Positions 43,301-64,000 of a stretch of 64,000 nt of DNA are shown here, piece by piece. The position numbers were made by a program, and so were the translations under genes. Position 1 is the stretch's first letter; each line of letters opens with the position of its first letter. The notes under the pieces are model-generated. The model made no database searches. It was given only the letters and a program-made list of their open reading frames with translations, and was not told the DNA's origin. The stretch lies in NCBI RefSeq assembly GCF_009914755.1, contig NC_060925.1. One strand, written 5' to 3'. Origin of the DNA: the human T2T-CHM13v2.0 reference genome, Homo sapiens.

Positions 43301-44888
43301 TAAATTTTTAGTAGAGACAAAGCCTCACTGTGTTGGCCAGTTGAACTCCTGGGCTCAAGCGATGCTCCTGCCTCGGCCTCCCAAAGTGCTGGGATTACGG
43401 GTACAAGCCACCACACTGGGCCTACTTCTTTATCAAAGAAGCCCTTCCTGAACAACACAGAAACCCCCCTAGAGGGTCCGTAATGAGAACCGAACAGAAA
43501 AACCCCCAACTCAGGTTTGCTGGGCAATCCTTCTTTTCCACAGAAGCTGGACCAGGTTCTGTTACCATTAAAAAAATACTGTATTCAATATTTTTAAAGA
43601 CAAGAAGGGAAAGAGAACAGGTTCTTGCAAAGAGAGGTACAGCCTCGACTCCTTCCAAGTACACACGATCTCCCGTGTACTCGGGGCCCACACCCAGCCA
43701 GCCATCACGGGACCCAGACAGGGTCAGATGGGATGCTGCCGGGAAGGCAAGGCAAGGCAGGGCCCTATTCCATCTGCAGCATCTGAGCCTCGGTTTGGAT
43801 GATGTGTTGCAAAGATTTTTTACTTGTACAGCTGAGAAGCAGGTCACTTAGTTTCTCAAGGACCAGCCGGCCTCAGTGCACAACTGAAGGTCAAGCGACT
43901 CTTACAGCCCTGTAGCCTTGCCGTGTGACACCCAGGTGACCTGTCTCTGCCAAAGTGCTGACTGTGCTCGCAGTCCTTGGAATGCACTTAAGTTTTTAAT
44001 AGAAAGGACCTATAATTAGGGCAGTATCTGATGCTCTGATCTGGGAGAAGGAGAAAAGGAAAACAGCCCCTAGGATTCCTGCCCTCAGTTCAGCACAGCA
44101 CAGGACGCCATGAGATTTTCAAAACCTGACATTCCCCAGGGAAGGGCCGACCCTCTTCAGCGAGGCTTACTTGAAAGACGCTTGAATCGCAAAGTAAGGT
44201 CTTGGCTTTTCCCCACTCTCAGAGAGACTCCAGGAGGACTCCGAGACTCCCAGACCAGCCCTCCGCCCCTGCCCTCAATCTCAGAATTGCTGAACTCTGG
44301 AAAGTCAAGATCATCTAGAACAGAAATACAAGGGGCTGGGGCCTGAGGCTAGAAACGACCAAAGACAGAATAAAAAGCACAGTCCTTTGTAAACTGTACA
44401 GCAGAGACACGGCAGCTCGGGAGTGGCGGAGTGCACCAAGCTCACTGTGGCTTGGGGTGGGGTGGTGGCGTGGGACTGGCAGTTGCCGGCTCTCCAGCCC
44501 GGGACAGTTACCTAACTCGTCTCCCAGCCTGTTTCCCCATGGGCAGCAGAGACAGCCAGGACACAGTGAAGCAGGTCACAAGGGGCTCAGAGTGTCCTCC
44601 CCAGCCCCGTCCAAGGAAACAGGGCCCGGCTCTGGGGGCGAACTCTGTCCCCACTACCCCAAGGGGCTGTGCCCTGGGGCAGGCACAGCGGGGCTCCTTC
44701 GGGAGGGAGCGAATCTCGGGCAAGGCTGGCCTCCTCCCGCTGGCCCAGGACAGCCTCGGGGGCGCCAGCAGGCACTGCTTGCTGTGGGTAGGGGGTGTCC
44801 AACCTAGACGCGGCCTCTGGGAGGGCAAGACCGGGAGGGGTCGGCCTGTGTCGGGGGCTCCTGGAAAAGCAGCGCCACCGCCACCCAC

Positions 44889-45271
44889 CTGACGACATGG
44901 AAGGCCCAAAGCAGGCGATCTGTGCGAGGCCCGCGCGCGGCGCGGACGATGCTGAGGTACAAGTAGAGCGCAATGGCCACGGTCCAGAAGAAGGAGCTGG
45001 TGTTGGCGAAGGTGGACAGCGCGCCCTGCAGCACGCAGTCCCACGACGGGCCCGCGAAGTTCTGCAGCACTCCGTAGAAGTAGGAGGCGGCCGAGAGCAG
45101 GTCGGCCAGCGACAGGAAGAGCAGCAGGCGCCGTGCCCGGCTGCGCAGGTCGGGCCACAGGGCGTGCGTGGCCACCAGCAGGCCCGAGCCGAGCGCGGAG
45201 AGTGCGCACGACAGCAGCACCACGGCGCGCTCCGACGGCACCAGCTCGGTGGGCGGCGGGGACGGCTGCAT
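44889..45271 (-). CDS. GPR157: GPR157 coding exon 1 (N-terminus to TM3/start of TM4)
   Basis: ATG at 45271 in context CACGCCATGC. Translation MQPSPPPTELVPSERAVVLLSCALSALGSGLLVATHALWPDLRSRARRLLLFLSLADLLSAASYFYG...WAFHVV. Donor AG|GTGGGT after 44889. 383 nt, phase 2. Confidence 0.95.
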
Positions 45272-45422
45272 GGCGTGGGGGGCCAGGAGCCGGAGCGCCG
45301 CGAGGACAGAAGCCGGGCCGCGCGTGCGGCCACGCCGCCGCCGTCTGGGCACCGAGGCGCCCTAGGCTCGCGTCCAGGCGCCCGCCCCGCCCGCGTCCGG
45401 CCGCTCCCCCGCCCATCTGGGC

Positions 45423-45690
45423 CCCGGGCCCTGAACCCCGTCCACGCCCTGCGCCCCGCCCCTATATCCCGGGCCCTGAGCCCCGCCCACGCGCCGCGCC
45501 CCACCCCGGTACCCCGGCCTTTAAGCCCCGCCTACATTCCCCGCCCCGCCCCGCCGTCCCGGGCCCTGAGCCCCGCCCACGCGCCGCACCCCGCCCCTCT
45601 ACCCCGGCCTTTAAGCCCCGCCTACACTCCCAGCCCCGTCCCGCCGTCCCAGGCCCTGAGCCCCGCCCACAAGCCGAGCCCCGCCCACAC
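45423..45690. repeat. GC-rich tandem repeat, ~45-bp monomer with exact 90-bp higher-order period
   Basis: (g/a)ggccctgagccccgcccac starts at 45471, 45561 and 45651. accccggcctttaagccccgcctaca starts at 45511 and 45601. Confidence 0.85.
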
Positions 45691-46439
45691 GTCCCCCGGC
45701 CCACATGCCCTTCCCGCCCACACGCCCCCCCCCCGCCCGTGTGCCCCCGCGTTGAGACTGGGACTTAGAGCTCCGCCCACGCGCCCCGATCCCCTGTCCA
45801 CAGGGCCCAGAGACCTGGGCCTAGAGCCTAACCCACGCGCCCCGCTCCGCCCACGCACCCCGCCACACCCCTGTGTTCCGGGCCCTGACCCTGGCTCAGG
45901 TGCCCTTCCTCGTCCCGTTGCCCCGGGCCCTGAGCCCCGCCCCCGCCACGCCCCTGAGGCTTCCAAGCTCCACCCGGTGCCCGAGGCTCCTGAGCCCCGC
46001 CCACGCCCTCACACCACGCCCCTAAGCCCCTAGGTCCCTAAGCCCTACCTCAGGGCACCCCCAGGTCCCAGCACCTGTCCCTCCACGCTCCTCCAGGCCC
46101 ACCCCTGCTCTTGCCAGGTGTCTGGGACATCCAGTCCTGTGAGAGGAAGGGCTGGCATTTTTAGGGCTAATATTACTTTCCCTCTTTTCAGCCAGCTTCT
46201 GTGTGTGTTGTGAGTGGAAGGGCGTGAGGATCAGAGGCATTCTTTCCACTAGCAACAGAAACAGCTCTCGGGTATGATCCTCATTCCTTCAGCCGTGATC
46301 CCGACGTGTTCACAAGTTGGTGGTGACTTGGGGAAGCCGGCGTTTCCACCTTTTCTTAAAATAAGCATGCTATTTTTTAAAAACCATAGCTAACTAGGTG
46401 TGATTTTTAAAAAATGAAATGCTAGGCAGGGCATGGCTT

Positions 46440-50540
<4,101 letters not shown>

Positions 50541-52127
50541 AGATTCTTTTTTAATCAGAAAAAAAGTTACTACACACAGTTATCAGCACTGTGAGCAAAC
50601 ATGTGTGGAGTTTGTTCTGCAGAGAGTTAAGAGCGGCTGCTTTCCTTCCAAGTCACTTGTGATCATTCAAAAGTCCCCTGACCTCCTCCTAAGAGGACCC
50701 CAGACCATAAACAGAACCTGGCTGAGAGTTCTGTCAGTGAAGCCTCTCAGCTTTTCACTGATGGAAATAGCTGCAAGTTTGGCTTTTGCAATCAGCCTGG
50801 GGCTTTGGACTATGGCAAGGCAAGAGTCTGGAATGGATTCTGCCTCCCTAGAGCTCGGTCATTTAATCGTTAGGGTATTTGGGAGAGGGGGGAGGAGATG
50901 GGGCACAGGAGAGGTCTTGTAGCAACCTGCTTTGTCAGCAGATCAATTTTGACTATATCTTTCCTGCTTTATTGAGATTGAAGTGCTTCGCCTAAATCTC
51001 CAAGTGAGCGGTTGGCTATTTTACAAGCTTTTTTTTTTTTTTAATTTTTTTTCCCCACCTCCCACCTTGCTTACAGACAATTTTGATCAGGAAATTGCTT
51101 GGCTTTCTTTGCACTGGAAAACAACATTCAAAGAACTTTCATACTTCCTATACCTAGGGAAAAAATGTGAAAGACACGCAATGATACAGCTTCAGATTGC
51201 TTAGATTTAAACGTGAAGCTAATTTTACACTGTCCAGGGTCACGGACATTGTCTAGACGGATCCAGGCATTTATCAGGAGGTGGGAACTGTGACTCCCAC
51301 CGCAGCTGCTGGGTGATCTCAAGTAGCCCAGCACGGTCTCCACTAAAGGGAGCTTGGGGTTCCTGACCCTGGGACTCTCAGAGCTCCTGGGGCTCCACTC
51401 CTCCTTGGGGGACTCTGGGGAGGTCTGACTGAGAAGAATAAACCTAGAGAAACTCCAGGCTCTGAGCTGTCTCTGATGATCCCTGCCCCATATGGCATGT
51501 GATGTCCCATTAGCCACATTTTCAATTTCCGGTCTTTCAGGCCCCCCTCTCCCGCCTCATTCTTTGGGGGAATTGGTAAGAAACCCAGATGCATCTTCTT
51601 TGGACCCCGAGTTGTTTCTCTAGTAGCTGTGCCAAGCCAGCTGGCAGTTGTCTGCCGCTCCATGTCCAGCGTCCAAAGGGGCCGTGTCCCGTGTCCTCAC
51701 ACATCATCACAACCTCGCTTCACCCCAGTTTCCTGGCTGCAGAGCTAGGGCCCAGAAAGGCCCCATCACAGTGGCGAGCAGCCCCCGGAGAAGGCTAGTT
51801 TTGGGGTTGCTTTCTCTTCCTCCTTCTCTCACCCCAGGAACTGGCATGAGATTCTCCTCTGACAAGTACAATAGAGGTGACAGTTTGGTGTCTCTCATTT
51901 GGAGGAACCTGAAATGATTTTTCTGAGGTCAACTCCAACATAAGTCACAAGCCACAAATGTGGTTTTTAAAACTGGAACAGAAGAGGGACTTTCAGCTTG
52001 GGCTGGCCACCTTCCTCATTTCCCTGTTTGAAAGGTGTGTGTGGCACAGGCTCTGCCACTGATCACTGCCCAAATCATGAAGGGAGGGAACTCATGGTGC
52101 TCCTTCCTGCCTGGGGACCATGGTGAG

Positions 52128-53405
<1,278 letters not shown>

Positions 53406-53989
53406 GTGAGCAACCATCAACCTCCAGCATCCCCAAGGGGGCCCTGCAACCCCTGGGCATGTTCACGTGACCATTGGGCCACACAGATAAAGAGCAGGGC
53501 AAGCCCGGCCAGCACCGTTGCTGGAGTCAGGAGCCTCCTCTTCAAGGGGCCCCATCTCGTGGGTGTATTTTCCTCCAGGAGCCTTCGGGTCTCAATGTGA
53601 TGTGTTTAACCTCTCCCTGATCACCTTGAGCCTCGCCCTCCCCACCCCACACATTGAAGGCTGCTGCCCTCGCTTGCTGTGCACTCGGCCCTCTGACCTG
53701 CACGCACCTTAGAAACAGCCTGGTCCTGGTGGCCGTTCCACTGCAGCGGCTCCCGGTGTGGCCACTGCCCCGTGGTTCCCAGCTGCCCAGGTGAAGAGGA
53801 GCCAGACTAATGAAAGAACAGCTAAGCCGCTAAAGGGAAAGGTTATTTTCTTCTCTACCTTTACTCAGAGCCTTGTTTTGCAGGTAAGACTGGCTTATGC
53901 TGCTGGTACCAGAAGAGAGGTTTTATGAGTTAGTGGAAGACCCAGGATCTACCCCTGAATTTCTGTCCGGGCCCCATTTGATGGACAGA

Positions 53990-57745
<3,756 letters not shown>

Positions 57746-58052
57746 GCTGGTAGAATATGTTCTGTGTATTGTTGGCTTATCATCTGTCCCTGTAGAATGC
57801 ATGCTTGCTGAGGGCAGATATCTGGTCTATATTGTGCAGTGTCTGCCACACACAGTAGGCCCTCAATCAATCTTTGTGGAACACATAGTGGGAATATGGA
57901 GCAGCCAGATGACAGGGAAGTGCAGTGGGCCTTTGGCTGCCTTTCTAAGGCAGGATCTCAGCTGGCGGTCCAGCACCTGCAGGGCGACCAGGCACTTCTT
58001 TGTTTTTACCGACTTCTCATAGCAATCGCCCATTTTCTTTATTCATGAATAA

Positions 58053-58274
<222 letters not shown>

Positions 58275-58808
58275 TAGTAGTACGTATGATTCTTTTAACA
58301 ATATAAATTGCAGATTTTTTATATGTTGGAGTTGTTGCAAAATATCATGAATTCTCCTCACTACTTTTTAAGTTATAGTTATTAGACCAGTTGTTATTGG
58401 ATATTACTTAATGTGCTAATACTCCCATTGGCACATTACTGCTATCTACTGTGACATACTACTACTGTCATATCTACACGCTATACCAAATTTGGCTTTA
58501 TCAAGTATTTCAATCATTGTATTTCACTATGATTGGTTAGCTTTGTAATCCCATGTAATTTACGCCTTTATCCTGAGACTCCAGAGAGTTCACTAGACTG
58601 ACAAAGGGGTTTGTGGTATAACCAAAGTTGTGGGCCTGCTCCAAAGGCTTGCCTAGCTTCCCCCTAGTCAACCCCACGACACACATTGTCCTGGCCCCAC
58701 ATTCACACCCAGTCTGCACGTTACGACCAGTTTATACCAGTAGTTCTGCCTTCTCACCACCAGGAGGCACTGCTTCACCCGAGTCACAGGAAGCCCTGGG
58801 CAGGTTAG

Positions 58809-59397
<589 letters not shown>

Positions 59398-59984
59398 TGA
59401 AAAATTTCAAACATACGAAAGTATATGAACCCCCAGAGAGCCATCAGCGACTGCAGTGATCATCTCGGGACCCAAGTCATTTCTGCACCCTGTCTGGGAG
59501 CCCTCTAAAGATACAGACGCTTGCCCTGCCCTATATGGGCGCTCAGAGCCTTAAGGTTTACAGAGCTCCTGGGCTGTTTGGGAACCACTGTCACAGCGTG
59601 GCCCCTGCCTCCCAGACCCCTGGTGACCGCGCACGGGCTTCCAGCAGCCATTCCCACACACATGAGCGTCTTGCCCATGTCTGCCCCAAGCCCTGGGCTC
59701 TCACTCCTGTTCTTTTGCTCAGGCACCACAGGAATTGGGGAACAGCTGACTCCCATTCCCTGCACAGCCTCTTCCTGTGGCTCTGAAAGCCAGGGTGAAG
59801 TAACACCCATCAGCCTTGCCCTTGAGCAAGCAACCACAGCCACATTTTGCTGGCACGAGGCTCATGGTGTGGCCTCTTCCTGCGATGGAGGGGCAGGCCC
59901 TGGGTTGGCAGCATCTCTGTGTTTCAGACTGAAAGACATTGTCAAGCTATTAAAGCTTGGTTCTGAGTGTCCAGAAGGATCCCT

Positions 59985-61052
<1,068 letters not shown>

Positions 61053-62576
61053 TTACTTAAGGTCAGGAGTTTGAGACCAGCCTGGCCAACATGGTGAAAC
61101 CTCATCTCTACTAAAAATACAAAAATTAGCCTGGTGTGATGGGCCACACTTGTGTTCCCAGCTACTTGGGAGGCTGAGGCAGGAGAATCACTTGAACCTG
61201 GGAGGCGGAGGTTGCAAATGGATACAACTCACTAAACCAGTAAGATCCCTTCCTACATCCTGAGGAACTACCTGTAGGAGTTTCTGACGGGGACCAGAGG
61301 CAGCCTGTACAGGGGGCCTGGGGCTCTCTATGTGTGTGTGTCCCGGGGCAGCCCTGGGTTTGGTGAGAGGGAGGATTCTGATCTCACTCAGCCCTACTCA
61401 CTCCGGCCCTCTTGGGAAGTGGGTACCAAGCCCTGATCCCACCCGGGCTGGTGCAGGATGGTGGCATCCCCGTGGCCTGCAGCCGAGCCCTGTGGAAGGC
61501 CGCTGGGCAGAGACAGCTCCTCCGTTCACAGGACCCTCATCCAAAAACCCTCACATATTTCAACATAGCCGCACCCCGAACGTGGACCCCTCAGGCACCA
61601 GGCCCTGTGTGGCCATCCAGGCTGCACACCCATGAAGCCAGCTCTGCTGCTGGGGGACAGCAGAGAGAGGAACAGGCAGGCCGAAAGGTGTCCAGGGCAC
61701 AGTGACGTCACCAGGAGCCACTGAGTCATCAGGAGGGCCTTTCATCAGTCGGCTGCCTGGTCTGATCTGAGCGAGGTGGAAGCTTCCAAGGCCAGACACG
61801 GGGAGACTCTGTGAGGCTCCCACATTGTTGATCATTTCTTCTCATCTCTCCTCTCCTGACCAGATTGCTCTCTAACCAGATTCATTTCAGGAGTAAGTGA
61901 CTGCCGGCCGAGAAAGACAACCCCCTCAAGGTTACTAATTTAAAGACAGATGGGATCAGCTGTGATTTCAGTCGCAGTTATGAAAATTAGAGCCAGGTGT
62001 GGTGGCTCATACCTGTAATCTCAGCACTTTGGGAGGCTGAGGTGGGAGAACTGCTTGAGTCGAGGAGTTAGAGACCAGCCTGGGCAACATAATGAGACCC
62101 CTTGTCTTTAGAAAAAATGTAAACATTTGCCAAGTGTGATGGCGTACACCTGTAGTCCCAGCTACTTAGGAGGCTGAGGTGGGAGGCTCGCCTGAGCCCA
62201 AGAGGTCAAGGTTGCAGTGAGCCATGATCGCACACTGCACTTCAGCCTGGGCAACAGAGCAAGACCCTGTCTCAGGAAAAAAAAAAAGGAAAAGAAAATT
62301 AGACTAAGACATGCTTTGTTTTGCAATGGTGCAGCATCAAGGGGTCCTGGCAGGGAAGAGGTGGCACCAGCCTGCACCACTGCTGCAGAAATACTCGGGA
62401 GTACACAAAGCACTTCTCGGCTGGAGTCCAGAGGCCTTCATATTTGGTAGTTTACTCTGATGTTTTCAGTTCCAACAGAGGAAGAGGAAGGGGCTGGTCC
62501 ACAGTGGCCTCAGGTAATGCTCAGCCTTGGGGGATGATGAACACAATGAGGGGCACTTGGCGTGAAGAGTGAGAGT

Positions 62577-62685
62577 CCATTTCTCCTTCTCCTTCTCCTT
62601 CTCCTCCTCCTCCTCCTCGTCCTCCTCCTCCCCCGGCCCCCTTCCTCCTCCTCCTCTTCCTGCTCCTTCCCCCTACCCTCCCCAC
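62577..62685. repeat. (CCT)n/(CCTTCT)n low-complexity tract
   Basis: Seen directly. Confidence 0.85.
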
Positions 62686-63032
62686 ACGGGAGGTGTATCA
62701 GGTAGTGAGTTTCAGCCCGGCACGGTGGCTCATGCCTGTAATCCCAGCATTTTGGAAGGCTGAGCCAGGCGGTTCACTTGAGGCCAGGAGTTCGAGACAA
62801 GCCTGGGCAACATGGTGAAACCCTGTCTCTACTATTAACAAAGTTACAAAAATTAGGCATGGTGGGGTGTGACTGTAGTCCCAGCTACTCGGGAGGCTGA
62901 GGCAGGAGAATTGCTTGAACCCAGAAGGCGAAGATTACAGTGAGTCTAGATCGTGCCACTCTACTCCAGGCTGGGCGAAGGAGACTCTGTCTCAAAAAAA
63001 TATTATTTCTTGAGGTCAGGAATTCAAGATCA

Positions 63033-63206
<174 letters not shown>

Positions 63207-63779
63207 CTATCTCGAACATACATACATACAGCAAGCTCTCAATGGGGCCAGTGAGCTGTGAGCATGTTTCCTCTGCACGCTAAGCTCTTGACTCACATTC
63301 CATCAGGAAGTTGGGGTCATCTTGACCAGGGAAGGGCAGGCATCTTGGTGGGGGGCCCCTGGACTGTACCTGGTAGTGCTGCTAGCAGAGGAATGGAAGC
63401 TGGGCAGCAAAAACCCCTGATGCCCACTAGTCCTGAGCATCCCTGGAAGCATCCTGCCAAGTGCAAGGCCCAGGGTAAGTGCTGAATTAATACTTGCATT
63501 TTGCCTGGATCCTCACCCCACCCACCAATTTTAACCACGGATCCTGATGAGAGCTAAGTAGAGTACCAAAGGTCATTTCCGTTTTTTTTTTTTTTAATGT
63601 ATCACAGCTACTACAATTTGTATTTTGTATGTTTACAAGCACATGCTTGGAAAACAGAAAATAATTTGGTTTTAAATATTCCAGGAAATTACAATCTAAT
63701 TGCATCAGTTCCCAACTGTGCCTCAGTTTCTAGCCTGGAAAATGGGGTTGTATTACAATTAACTCTCTCTGACTTGTGA

Positions 63780-63999
<220 letters not shown>

Positions 64000-64000
64000 T

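Larger units (their letters stand above)
44750..46060. promoter_or_regulatory. CpG island / GPR157 promoter
   Basis: Very high GC and CpG density spanning exon 1 and ~750 bp upstream, with many GC boxes (CCCCGCCC). Confidence 0.9.

Noticed and set aside
45423-45690. Regularly spaced repeats superficially like a CRISPR array
   Set aside because: Eukaryotic DNA; the intervening segments are themselves repeated, so this is a tandem repeat, and there are no cas genes.
44795-46033. 412-aa plus-strand ORF and the overlapping 302/305-aa minus-strand ORFs
   Set aside because: They lie in the CpG island and GC repeat, where stops are scarce. They are Pro/Arg/Ala low-complexity, have no recognisable domain, and are antisense or out of frame to GPR157 exon 1.

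Overview
This is primate (very likely human) genomic DNA, dense in Alu repeats. The only protein-coding gene I can support is GPR157 on the minus strand. It has four coding exons (45271-44889, 27516-27303, 21732-21538, 20684-20469), all with GT-AG junctions, splicing to 1008 nt (335 aa plus stop). It has a CpG-island promoter with a 45/90-bp GC tandem repeat and a ~4 kb Alu-rich 3'UTR. From recalled human gene order (not checkable here) the window lies on 1p36.2 between SLC2A5 and MIR34A. The left 16 kb is an LTR nest: a complete but decayed tRNA-Phe-primed HERV-F-type provirus (2843-12085, TSD GTGCT) inserted into an older LTR8-like solo LTR, plus MER4-, MER50- and LTR8-like solo LTRs. Intron 1 and the upstream region carry MER11D-like and MLT2A-like solo LTRs, DNA-transposon and L1 remnants, and two long AT-only arrays. 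I see no new multi-gene system. The best leads are local: a template-switch-like rearrangement beside exon 2, a long alternative reading frame in exon 4 reachable by skipping exons 2-3, a 103-bp templated copy of an LTR junction, inverted Alus and an Alu-derived miR-34 8mer site in the 3'UTR, and the promoter repeat. Repeat subfamily names come from recalled consensus sequences and need RepeatMasker/Dfam confirmation.
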